From Hyperthermus butylicus DSM 5456 (lineage in GTDB: Archaea > Thermoproteota > Thermoprotei_A > Sulfolobales > Pyrodictiaceae), in NCBI RefSeq assembly GCF_000015145.1, contig NC_008818.1, positions 1,050,001 through 1,082,000 of the forward strand: a stretch of 32,000 nucleotides of DNA. Reading direction: 5' to 3'. Position 1 is the stretch's first letter. Each line of letters begins with the position of its first letter. Below the pieces are notes generated by a model. The model worked only from the letters and a program-made list of their open reading frames with translations, did not search any database and was not told where the DNA came from. This document shows, piece by piece, positions 18,383 through 27,705 of the stretch. The position numbers and the translations under genes were made by a program.

Positions 18383-19189
18383 GTGTGGATAGGCTTGACC
18401 GAGTACGCAATAATGGTGAATATAGACAACTGTATAGGCTGTAGAGCCTGCCAGATAGCATGCAAGGTGTGGAATGGGCTTAAAGCAGAACTCACAAGCT
18501 TCAACCCTGAAGGCTATACAAACCCTGTGGATCTCACGCCAAACACGTGGATGATAATCGAGTTTATCGAAGGTACACGCGGCGGAGAGCCCTACTGGAT
18601 ATTCAAGAAGTTCCAGTGTATGCACTGCAGCGAAGCACCATGCGCCAAGGCATGCCCTGTAAACGCTATAGAGGTACACCCTGAGGGCGCCGTGGTGATA
18701 CGTTCCGACAAGTGTGTTGGCTGCCAATACTGCATAGAGGCGTGCCCGTACGATGTACCACGCTACGACCCGGTGACGAACAAGGTGTACAAGTGTACAC
18801 TGTGTATAGACAGGATACAGAATGGACTAGCTCCAGCATGTGTAGAGGCTTGTCCAACGGAGGCACTCGTATTCGGCCCCTACGACGAGCTTGTAAGGAA
18901 GTATCGCGAGGCAGGCTTCGAGATCTATGGCGACAAGGTTAACAGCTATGTTGGTAGGACACACTACCTCTACGCTACGAGGAAATACAAGGATATCGGT
19001 AGTGATGAAGGCAAGAAGTGGCACGAGGTTCTGGGCCTACCAAGCAATCCACAGGCTGGACTACCGGTCATAAAGGCTGGACGCGATATTGGTGCTGGGC
19101 TTGCCGTAGCAGCACTCGCCGGCGCAGTACTACACGCTGTATACTGGCGTGCTAAGAGAATTGAGGAGAGAAAGAAGCAGTCATCGTAA
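18383..19189 (+). CDS. fdhB: Formate dehydrogenase iron-sulfur subunit with four ferredoxin-type clusters; an internal TTG at 18395 is an alternative start
   Basis: CIGCRACQIACKVWNG, CMHCSEAPCAKACPVNAI, CVGCQYCIEACPYDVP, CTLCIDRIQNGLAPACVEACPTEAL and a C-terminal hydrophobic segment (AGLAVAALAGAVLHAVYW). Confidence 0.93.
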   Translation: MWIGLTEYAIMVNIDNCIGCRACQIACKVWNGLKAELTSFNPEGYTNPVDLTPNTWMIIEFIEGTRGGEPYWIFKKFQCMHCSEAPCAKACPVNAIEVHPEGAVVIRSDKCVGCQYCIEACPYDVPRYDPVTNKVYKCTLCIDRIQNGLAPACVEACPTEALVFGPYDELVRKYREAGFEIYGDKVNSYVGRTHYLYATRKYKDIGSDEGKKWHEVLGLPSNPQAGLPVIKAGRDIGAGLAVAALAGAVLHAVYWRAKRIEERKKQSS

Positions 19190-19234
19190 CCCCATGGAGC
19201 TGTTTTAGGCTAAAGCTCGCGTGGGGGTGGAACC

Positions 19235-19984
19235 ATGGCTGGTGAGAGAGAGGTAAAGCTGTTTAGCGAGCTAGAGATATGGGTTCACAAACACGTAATA
19301 CACATAGCTGTAGTACTGATAGTCACTGGTCTCGCTATTAGCGCCTCAACCCTGCCATCGTGGATAAGGTGGACCGTCGACTGGATACCGTACCTGCTAG
19401 GCACACCAGCAGCCAAGGCTGCTGCACTGCTAGGTGGCTCGCCGATAGAACAGAGCTACGACGCATACAGTCTAGGCGTGCAGATTGCAAGAATCATCCA
19501 CAGGATAGCTGGTGTAGCACTAATAGCCTTCGGCATAGTGTGGCTTATCGGCGAGCTGCCTAGGGCAAGGCAGTGGCAGATATGGCCTGAAGGCGGGCTC
19601 GGCGAGGCAATCAAAAACCTCATGAACTACTATCTAGGCAAGAAGCCGGCAAGGTTCGGCAAGTACAACATCGGCCAGAAGCTCTGGATAATAGCTGTGG
19701 TTGTGGGCTCAGCACTGCTAGCAATTACAGGAATAATAATGTGGTTTAGGACAAGCTTCTCGCTAGAAACAGAGACACTGGCACACCAGCTGCACGTGTG
19801 GCTAGCATGGCTCGGCATCGCTGGGCTAATAGTACACGTCTACCTGACTATAGGGATTCCAGAGCATAGGCCAGCAGTGCGTGCAATGTTCCGTACCGGT
19901 ACAGTGCCAGAGGAGTTCGTTAAGGAGCACCACCCACTATACTACGAGAAGCTAAAGAAGACAGCCACAAGTGGGAAGAAGTAA
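19235..19984 (+). CDS. fdhC: Formate dehydrogenase cytochrome b (gamma) subunit
   Basis: Four hydrophobic segments with histidines in positions typical of FdnI/FdoI (VHKHVIHIAVVLIVTG; IIHRIAGVALIAFG; LAHQLHVWLAWLGIAGLIVHVYLTI). It follows fdhB directly. Confidence 0.85.
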   Translation: MAGEREVKLFSELEIWVHKHVIHIAVVLIVTGLAISASTLPSWIRWTVDWIPYLLGTPAAKAAALLGGSPIEQSYDAYSLGVQIARIIHRIAGVALIAFGIVWLIGELPRARQWQIWPEGGLGEAIKNLMNYYLGKKPARFGKYNIGQKLWIIAVVVGSALLAITGIIMWFRTSFSLETETLAHQLHVWLAWLGIAGLIVHVYLTIGIPEHRPAVRAMFRTGTVPEEFVKEHHPLYYEKLKKTATSGKK

Positions 19985-20105
19985 GGCTTCATCACCCCAC
20001 ACCTTGTTTTTCTCATTAACCTCTGCGCCGGGGGTTCTCCTCGGCCCAAAACGCTTCGAAGCTTAGAGTTGTGGAGTGCTATGAAACTCTACTGAGAGTG
20101 TATAG

Positions 20106-20969
20106 GTGCATAAACCCATGGCCCACGGAAATGGCGGAAATGCAGCACTTAGCGCGCTGCGTGAGTGCAGCCTAGCAACCGTGCTGGCCTATGGCCACCA
20201 TGTGGCTGCAGATTATGAGTACGAGATCATCGTCGATGGAAACTACCTAGGCATCATACATGCAAGCCCAAACTATCTTGACGATGCTGTTGCCGGGCTT
20301 TTGCTACGTGAGGGGGAGGCTAGGCTCGGCGATCATGTTGTGATTGAACATGTTGAGCTTGTAGGCCCTCTGAGGTACCGCGTAAGGGCGCGCCGTGTAG
20401 AGGCCGTCTCTGCATCCCTGCCACGTGATGGCACCGTTGAGTGGGATACCGTGCAGATTATCTACCGCGACTTTGTCTCGAGAATTCCGAAGAAAGTCTG
20501 CCCCTATGCACTTCACACGATAGCCGTATACATGCTCGGTCAGGCTGAGAGGATTGAGAGACTGCTCGTGGTTTCCGACGCTAGCAGGCATAGTGCAGCA
20601 CTCAAGGTTGCTGGTGCACTTTCCAGGCTTGCAAGCGAGGGAAAGCTTGAGGGCTTACAACTGGTTGCTGTAAGCACTGGGAGAATTTCAGCTGATGCTG
20701 TAACAGCGCTATCAGCTGCAGGTGTATGGATTATCATTAGCAATCACCACCCGCTACTAAGCGGGCTCGTGGAGGCGCTAAAGCGCGGCGTAACGCTCGT
20801 CTTGAGGAGGCCTGATGGTGTAGGGCTTGCAGTCTACACCTCGTCCTGGAGGGTAAAGAATGCTCCAACCATAGAACTCGAGCTTAGCGCCAGTACTCCC
20901 GGCGTGGGGGAGGTCGAGCGAGCTGCTCCACAAAGGGTTAGAGGTAGGGTAGCTGCACCTACATGCTAG
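20106..20969 (+). CDS. fdhD: Divergent FdhD-like sulfur-carrier/sulfurtransferase homologue
   Basis: ADYEYEIIVDGNYLGIIHASPNYLDDAVAGLLLREGE matches the FdhD N-domain. LLVVSDASRHSAALKVAGAL aligns with canonical EDVGRHNAxDKxxG. VWIIISNHHPLLSGLVEALKRGVTLVL aligns with the C-domain. Confidence 0.78.
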   Translation: MHKPMAHGNGGNAALSALRECSLATVLAYGHHVAADYEYEIIVDGNYLGIIHASPNYLDDAVAGLLLREGEARLGDHVVIEHVELVGPLRYRVRARRVEAVSASLPRDGTVEWDTVQIIYRDFVSRIPKKVCPYALHTIAVYMLGQAERIERLLVVSDASRHSAALKVAGALSRLASEGKLEGLQLVAVSTGRISADAVTALSAAGVWIIISNHHPLLSGLVEALKRGVTLVLRRPDGVGLAVYTSSWRVKNAPTIELELSASTPGVGEVERAAPQRVRGRVAAPTC

Positions 20970-22009
20970 GCACACGTATAGCTTCTCGCCGTGGAGGTGT
21001 CACGAATCCCTTGACTGGCTCCAAGCCGGGAGGTAACCGGGATAGCCTCGGGGAGAGTATAGGGCCGCAGCCTCCAAGGCCTCTATCCGAGGCTCTTCCC
21101 GAGCTGCTCGAGTGGCTAGAAAAACTATCCTCGAAGGACCTAGAGAATGCCACGGCATACCATATACTAGGAGAGGTCTACAGGGTTCAGGCTGAGATTG
21201 AGAGGGAGGCCCTGGAGAGGCTGAGAGGGCTAAATGACTACCTGGCATCGACAGCTAGGAGGGTTCACCGGGAGAAGCGCCCACTATTAGAGCTCCTGGG
21301 CGGTATTCCGGAGGAGCTACTTGACGAGGAGTGGCTCCGCAGATCGATGCTGAAGATTATCGAGGCTACTAGGAGGGCTGGAATGGATCTATCCGCTGCA
21401 GCAGCACCTGTAGAAGCCCCGGTAGCTAAAGGCCTTATCAGCATAGTCAATGTCGTCAGGGAACTCGTAGAGGGTAAGGAGGATACTCTCAATGCATGGG
21501 CAGGGGCAGTCTCTATTGAGAGGGATAAGCTGCGCGCCCTAGCACTGTGGCTCCTACAGCCGCTACTCTCAGCTGTGAGGCTTGCAGCTGCAAACGGGCT
21601 CAAGTGGTCCGCGGAGTTTTGGCAGCAGGGAGTGTGCCCCGTCTGTGGTGCCCCGGCGAGGCTTGGCTACATGCGGGGTGAGGGGCGCCACCAGTTTATG
21701 AGGTGCCAGGTGTGCGGGTTTGAGTGGAGATTTCCGCGGGCACGCTGCCCGCGCTGTGGAGCCGACAAGCCTGGCGACATCGTGTTCCTGACGCCTCTAC
21801 CCGATGCAAAGTGGCTCCGTCTATACCAGTGCAAGCGCTGCAACTGGTACTGGAAGATAGTCGACGAGGAGGATTCTGAGGCCCTAAAGCACGGCCTGCC
21901 GCCACACGAGCTATACGACGTCTACACATACACCCTAGACCTTATCGCGGAGCAGCTCTCCTCGAAGAAGAGCGGAGTGAACGGACAGAGGAGAGGTGGG
22001 AAGGATTGA
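20963..22009 (+). CDS. fdhE: FdhE-like formate dehydrogenase accessory protein
   Basis: CPVCGAPARLGYMRGEGRHQFMRCQVCGFEWRFPRARCPRCG...YQCKRCNWYWKIVD gives four CxxC pairs with FdhE-like spacing. It overlaps fdhD by 7 nt. Confidence 0.83.
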   Translation: MLGTRIASRRGGVTNPLTGSKPGGNRDSLGESIGPQPPRPLSEALPELLEWLEKLSSKDLENATAYHILGEVYRVQAEIEREALERLRGLNDYLASTARRVHREKRPLLELLGGIPEELLDEEWLRRSMLKIIEATRRAGMDLSAAAAPVEAPVAKGLISIVNVVRELVEGKEDTLNAWAGAVSIERDKLRALALWLLQPLLSAVRLAAANGLKWSAEFWQQGVCPVCGAPARLGYMRGEGRHQFMRCQVCGFEWRFPRARCPRCGADKPGDIVFLTPLPDAKWLRLYQCKRCNWYWKIVDEEDSEALKHGLPPHELYDVYTYTLDLIAEQLSSKKSGVNGQRRGGKD

Positions 22010-22188
22010 GCACAGAGCAGAGGGACTCCACGGTGGACCCGGAAGAGGAGACGGGCTTCGCAGAGGAGATGCCTGAGGACTTCTATGCTGCTGAGGAGCT
22101 GATGCTGGGAGCTCTATCGAAGTGTAGAAGGCCGGGTGCTGGGAAGAAAAAGAAGACTGTGGATAAGTACATGGACTCGGAGTCCTAG
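22006..22188 (+). CDS. Small acidic ORF, 60 aa, start overlapping the fdhE stop
   Basis: TTG start overlaps the fdhE TGA (TTGA). Product: MSTEQRDSTVDPEEETGFAEEMPEDFYAAEELMLGALSKCRRPGAGKKKKTVDKYMDSES. Confidence 0.45.
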   Translation: MSTEQRDSTVDPEEETGFAEEMPEDFYAAEELMLGALSKCRRPGAGKKKKTVDKYMDSES

Positions 22189-22210
22189 GCCCCCACTTTG
22201 ACCTCTACTG

Positions 22211-24167
22211 CTACGAGCTTACGGCAGCGTACTGGTTGATGAGCTTTAGTGTTTCCGCGTCAAATGCTTTTACCATTGGCATACCTGGCGGATTCTGGGA
22301 CGCTACAGTGTAGATGACGTCGCCTATGTATAGGGTTCTGAGCACGTTCTCGTGCTCCAGTATGGCTTTGAGCCCTAACTTGCCGCTGGTGGGGTCGTAG
22401 CTTATTACTGCCACTCCGCTAAATTGACCCTCGCTCCTCGCAAGGTAGCCCGTTACCGGTATCAGCATGTAGTGGTGCCGCGTATCTAGGGTGAATGCGC
22501 GGTGGCCTGTACGTGGCTCCAGTACTGGGCTAGTAGCGTAGCCTTCAACGTTCCTGCTGGGTATGTATACCGTTGATATCTGCTCTATACTGTCGTCAGG
22601 GTTCACCCTGTAGGTCGAGATGCGGAGGCTATTGTCCTCTCTGCCGACGCCGACTAGTAGTGTCTCGTTGAGCGGGTGTAGGTACTCGTCGAAGCCTGGG
22701 CCCTCACGGTAGCCAAGCGATTTGGGATTTTCTTGGGTCGAAGAGGTCTATAACAAAGAGCGGGTCGATGAACCGGAAGGTTACCAGGTATAGGCGGCTG
22801 CCTAGGAATCGGACTGCGTGTACCTGCTCATCTACAGCTATCCCGGCTAGTCTCGCTACTTCCTCGAGCGTTTCTGCGTTGAGCACGTAGAGGTCCACGC
22901 TTGTACCCTTCTCGCCTCTTGTGGTGACCACTATTCTGAGGTAGTCGTTGTACTCATCTAGCTGCCACTGCTTCCCGAGTACACCGCTTATCGTTTTGTG
23001 GGCCTCAATGCTTAGCTTTGGTCCCTCCTCCACCGCTATCCTCACTATTGTGGTCTTATTCCAGCTCGTTAACTCCATAGCTTTCTCCAGGACCTCGGCC
23101 AAGTTTGCACGCTCGCCCATCATCGCGTGTAGATCCTCTATGCCCGGCAGTGCGAGGTATAGCGTCCCGTTAGCAGTCATGTAGATTACGCGGGGAGAGA
23201 CACCGAGCAATACCAGGGTGTCATAGGCTCCCGTCTCCAGGTTCACGGCCGCGACCACGGTCTCGCCAGAGGCGCCAACAAGTATCGGCGGCTGAAACGG
23301 CACAACCACGTCCACACGGCAGGTCTCGGAGCTCCACACGACCAGCATTGGTTTTACAAGCTGGTAGCCACCAGTAACTGCTACAACAACCCCACCAGCA
23401 AGACGTGCATCATAGAACGAGCCAGGTAACGCTAGGGCCCACTCGATACTACCAGTTCCCGGGTCCACCTTCAAAATCCATGTTCTAGGCTCCAGGAGTG
23501 GCAGCATTGAGTACTCGTCTACGAAAATGACCACACTGCTATCAGCTATGAAGAGGCTGCTTATCCTAAACATCTTCCCTAGCCTGCCAAGGCTTCTAGA
23601 CTCGTTGCCTTCGACAACTATCAGCTCGGCGGGCGGCGATAGCTTCTCCATGAGCTTCCCAGCATCAATAACCGCCACCGGCTTCAGCTCCTCCGGCGGG
23701 TAGGCATGGAAGACTACCAGCCTCTCGCCATTAACGACGAATATGTGCGTACCATTAGTCTTAACTATGTCCGGCTCGTCGACACCATAGACCTGGACGT
23801 TTGTCACGCTGTACTCGGGCACACCGGCTCCAGCCTCAGCAGGCACCTGTGATGGGGCGGCAGTTGTCTCTACAACAGCCACTTCTGGCGCCCAGCGAGC
23901 CACCAGCTTGTAGGCCTCGTAGATGTACGGCATGCCGAGTAGGTACAGGCCCGCCCTGAGCTGGTCAAGCGCCTCGACGGGCACCTGGTACCCTAAACCT
24001 ACACCAGCCACACCCAGTATTGAGCCAGCAGAGCGGTGGGACCAGCTTGGGTTTATGAGGTTCCTAGTACCGGTAGTAGCTGGAGCTGCGGCTGCTGCTG
24101 TGGTGACGCTTTCGTGGAGGAGAAGGATACAAGGATAAACGACCCGATAAGGGGCTCTCGGTGGCAC
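22211..24167 (-). pseudogene. Secreted C-terminal beta-propeller (WD40-like) domain protein, interrupted by an apparent +1 frameshift near 22733
   Basis: ORF 22704..24167 has SVTNVQVYGVDEPDIVKTNGTHIFVV and RFLGSRLYLVTFRFIDPLFVIDLFDP, then breaks. The next frame continues ENPKSLGYREGPGFDEYLHPLNETLLVGVGREDNSLRISTYRVNPDDSIEQI into ORF 22211..22606. Confidence 0.8.
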
Positions 24168-24576
24168 AGCACTCCGGGTCTACCTACTACTCCTCCGCTC
24201 TAAGCGGCCCCTTGGGGTAAGGGAGGTTCAGAGGCTTGTTGGCCTAAGGAGCCCGAGCACTGCACGCCACCACTTGGAAAGACTTGTCTCTCTGGGCCTG
24301 GCAGAGAGGAGGCCAGATGGCTACGTCGCTGTTAGACCCCGTGGCTTCCTATCGCTATACATTGCTGCCCAGGGACGCTTACTCCCAAGAACAATGGGGT
24401 TCGCAGCCTTTGCTGCCGCAGCTGCAGCCGTATACCCTTTCATGCCGGGCGCTGACCCAGCTGCAGCTGGCTTCCTAGCAGTCACCGCCGCGATAGCTGT
24501 GTGGCGCGCAGTGGACGAGTACCGGGCCGTGAAAGCACTGCTCGGAGAAGATGGAGGAGAGAAAAAGGAACAGTAG
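24161..24576 (+). CDS. Winged-helix transcriptional regulator with C-terminal membrane segments; annotated start truncated or frameshifted
   Basis: Frame 1 is open from 24151 and encodes TALRVYLLLLRSKRPLGVREVQRLVGLRSPSTARHHLERLVSLGLAERRPDGYVAVRP upstream of the track start at 24274. GTG at 24161 is in frame 2, one base out. Confidence 0.65.
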
Positions 24577-24594
24577 ATGCCGATTTATGGTGGT

Positions 24595-26415
24595 TTAGGG
24601 CTTACCCCTACCGCCTCCCTGCTTGCCTACACTTGCTAGAGCCTCCTCTAGGAGCTTACTGGCCTCGTCGTAGAGCTGACCAACCTTCTTCATAAGCTCG
24701 AGCGCCTTAGCCACATTGCCCTCGTAAAGGGCCTTTCTGGCCTCCTCTAGGAGACCTAGGGCCTTCTCAACGAGTTCTTCTGCACTGCCGAGCAGCCGGC
24801 TGTCAGCACCATACATCTTAGCCCTCATAATCTTCATCTGGAGTTCCATAAGCGTTCTGGTAGCATTTGCAACCATCCTCATTAGCTCGCCAACGCCCGG
24901 CGCCTCGCCTAGCTTGTGGAGGTGTAGCGATAGCTTAGTCTCGAGTTCTACTCTGAGCTGCATAGCTTCTATGATAGCCTCGTGTAGCATAGCCTCGATA
25001 GTCTTTAGGGCTGTAAGATTGCCAGCCGCTGCGGCCTCGAGAGCCTCTTCGTATAGTTTCTTGGCCTCATCGACTGTCTGCACGAGCTTCTCGTAGAGCT
25101 TCAGCACCTCCGTTGTATTCGTCTGCATCACCGCATCGCTGAGTGCTGAGACCGCTACAGCCAGCCTATCAAGCATTACTCCGAGCTTCTCTAGTACCAC
25201 CGTCGTGTCAATCGAGGCTGTCACGTTGCCAGCTGCAAGGCCTGGGCCAATGAGGCCCCGAGTCCTAGCTAGCAGGGCTGTGGCAGTAGCAATGTGTCTC
25301 TCGGCCTCAACGGCGTAGGATATTGCTGAGTGGAACTCGTTCCTGGACAGCGCATCGTAGGCCTTGCCTACAAGCTCCTCGGCCCTATCAAGCGCCTCCA
25401 GTGCCCTCTCAACCAGCGCTAGAGCGTTAGCATTGTCCCTTACCTTCTCATGGATGGCTTCGGCCTCTGCACGGAGGACTGTTATACGGGTCTTTAGTGT
25501 TGATAACCAGGCTAGTAGTGCCTCCTTCCTAACCGTCTCGTTGGCAGCTATGTTGGCATGCCCTATCATCATCTTCCCTAGTATCTTGGCATTGAGGAAC
25601 CCTATGTCCTCGCGCAGTCTAATCCTCAGCTCGTCAATTATGTCGGCCACATGGCTCATGTTAAGGTGGCGCGCCCTTGCCCCAATAACCTCTGCTAGAT
25701 GCTCAAGCTTCTCCATAGCTTTGGCCAGTTTTTCAGCAACAACACGCGGGGCTACCGTGTTGTTTGCTTTGAGTCCTGCTGCAAGCATTTTCTTGAGCTG
25801 AACGTTGAGAGCTAATATCTTGGCCGCGCGGAGCTTCAAGGTTAGCTCTCTCAACAGCATCCGGGCCTTGGCCATGTTGCCCTCGGCTAGGGCTTTCCGC
25901 AGCTCTTGTAGCTCATCCTGGTCTACAGCATCCTCGCCCAGCACCTTGGCGAGAACGCTAACTGTGAGCTGCAGCTTCTCAGCAGCCCTCTCCATTATCC
26001 TCTCACGTATCTTCTCAGCCTTCACAGCTGCGATCCTAGATACTGCCCCGGATAGCAGCTTGCACGCTTGATGCGCCTGGCCAGCTAGCTCCTTTAGCTC
26101 CTCCAGGCTCATATTAGCGAGGCTCGCTGGGCCAAGGCTAGCTATCTTCAGTATGAGTTCTGCATCGTTGGCAGATATGTTGAGCTTTGCTGCTATCTCA
26201 TCAGCTGTAGCGCTTAGTAGGCCTAGCCTCTCGAGCCCACTCCTAACCATAAAACTGCAAGCAACAATCTTACCGCGTAGACTTGCAAGCTTAGCAGCAT
26301 CCTCTACTGGCGTCTGGGCCTCCGCTGGCTGCAGCAGCGGCGCTGCAACCGGTACTAGTACAGCTACCACTAGTAGTAGGGCCATGATGGATCCGAGCTT
26401 CTCATGGACCACCAT
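24595..26415 (-). CDS. Secreted, highly helical/coiled-coil hypothetical protein, about 607 aa
   Basis: Internal ATG at 26415 gives a clean signal peptide (MVVHEKLGSIMALLLVVAVLVPVAAPLLQPAEAQ), followed by long Leu/Ala/Glu/Lys-rich helical sequence. Confidence 0.75.
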   Translation of the reverse strand: MVVHEKLGSIMALLLVVAVLVPVAAPLLQPAEAQTPVEDAAKLASLRGKIVACSFMVRSGLERLGLLSATADEIAAKLNISANDAELILKIASLGPASLANMSLEELKELAGQAHQACKLLSGAVSRIAAVKAEKIRERIMERAAEKLQLTVSVLAKVLGEDAVDQDELQELRKALAEGNMAKARMLLRELTLKLRAAKILALNVQLKKMLAAGLKANNTVAPRVVAEKLAKAMEKLEHLAEVIGARARHLNMSHVADIIDELRIRLREDIGFLNAKILGKMMIGHANIAANETVRKEALLAWLSTLKTRITVLRAEAEAIHEKVRDNANALALVERALEALDRAEELVGKAYDALSRNEFHSAISYAVEAERHIATATALLARTRGLIGPGLAAGNVTASIDTTVVLEKLGVMLDRLAVAVSALSDAVMQTNTTEVLKLYEKLVQTVDEAKKLYEEALEAAAAGNLTALKTIEAMLHEAIIEAMQLRVELETKLSLHLHKLGEAPGVGELMRMVANATRTLMELQMKIMRAKMYGADSRLLGSAEELVEKALGLLEEARKALYEGNVAKALELMKKVGQLYDEASKLLEEALASVGKQGGGRGKP

Positions 26416-26581
26416 ACCGGGCACCCCACCCGGGCTGACCTGTCTGGGGGTCTGGTTCTGATAAGGGGGGTGCCTGGGACGCTGGCAGCACATGTTTCGT
26501 TTGTTTCTGGAACAACCTGTTCAGCTTATGCAAAACTACACCATGTGCTAGGCTTATATGAGTCTCTTCGCCTAGCCAGCC

Positions 26582-27544
26582 TTGACCGGGGTGGCTGGAG
26601 CTGTGCGCTTTGTCTGGCTAGCCGTAGTGGCTGTTGTCTTGCTAATATTTGGCTTTGCCGTGGCAACTGTGGGGCAGGCTGAGCCCTCTATAGTGGTGAC
26701 AGTGCACTCTGACGGCACGGTGACTGTTGCTGTTAGGGCGCTAGTTGAGCCTGGGCTTAACGAGTTACCCGCACCGGTTGAGGCTATACCTGCAACAATC
26801 GAGGCAATGATTGATAATGTGGAGGTGCCCGCGATATATCATAACGGCTCTATCTACATCGCCTCGGACAGTAGCGCTACTGCAACCGTGACATACATAG
26901 CGAATGTAACCATGTCCGACGGTATTCTAGAGTTCTACATCAACTATAGTGGGGTGTATGAATTGCACATAGAGCCAGGCATAGTAACGCTAACACTACC
27001 CGAGAATATTCTTGGAGCAGACATCGTTAACGATACACTCGTACTGCTTGTCTCCGGACCCGCCGAGGTAAGATACGTGATCGTACCAGCCGAGGAGTCG
27101 ACAGGTGGGGAGGCGGCGGGGACTGCTAGCCAGCCAGCAGAGACTAGCGAGACGCAGCAGCCCAGCGAGCAGCCCACCCCCACCAGGGAGGAAGAGGAGT
27201 CCAGCACACTGCTATGGGTTGCTGTGGTTGTCGCTGCGGCAGCCGTAGCTGCTGCCATTCTTGTGCTAGCTAGGCGCGGAGGGAGCAGTGAAGGAGGCAG
27301 CTCGTCCCCTACGATGGTATCTGCAGTCCTCGATGATACCGACAAGCTGATACTCAAAAGACTGCAGGAGGCCGGCGGCTCAATGTTACAGAGCGAGCTA
27401 CAGAGGGCTACCGGGCTCCCCAAGACGACACTCTGGAGGCATGTGAGGAGGCTGGCTGAGCTAGGCTACGTGAGAATCGAGAAGGAAGGTAAGGCTAACA
27501 GGGTCATACTGGTAAAGGAGCTGGAGGATGCTGAGGCCCCGTAG
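26582..27544 (+). CDS. Membrane-anchored protein: signal/TM, beta-rich extracellular region, Thr/Ser/Glu/Pro linker, TM, C-terminal cytoplasmic winged-helix DNA-binding domain
   Basis: WLAVVAVVLLIFGFAVATVG N-terminal segment, linker ETSETQQPSEQPTPTREEEESS, TM LLWVAVVVAAAAVAAAILVLA, wHTH DDTDKLILKRLQEAGGSMLQSELQRATGLPKTTLWRHVRRLAELGYVRIEKEGKANRVIL. Confidence 0.8.
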   Translation: MTGVAGAVRFVWLAVVAVVLLIFGFAVATVGQAEPSIVVTVHSDGTVTVAVRALVEPGLNELPAPVEAIPATIEAMIDNVEVPAIYHNGSIYIASDSSATATVTYIANVTMSDGILEFYINYSGVYELHIEPGIVTLTLPENILGADIVNDTLVLLVSGPAEVRYVIVPAEESTGGEAAGTASQPAETSETQQPSEQPTPTREEEESSTLLWVAVVVAAAAVAAAILVLARRGGSSEGGSSSPTMVSAVLDDTDKLILKRLQEAGGSMLQSELQRATGLPKTTLWRHVRRLAELGYVRIEKEGKANRVILVKELEDAEAP

Positions 27545-27705
27545 GGACATAACATTGGCGATACCGAGCAACAGTAAAACGTGTTTACGGGTTTGTAGCT
27601 TCTTTGGGGTCAACATAGACAGCCACATCGTACTATTGCCATGTACACGGTTTTACTACCATGGTTCCACTAGCTTGGCCTTACACCCTCCAGCTTCAAA
27701 GCTAT

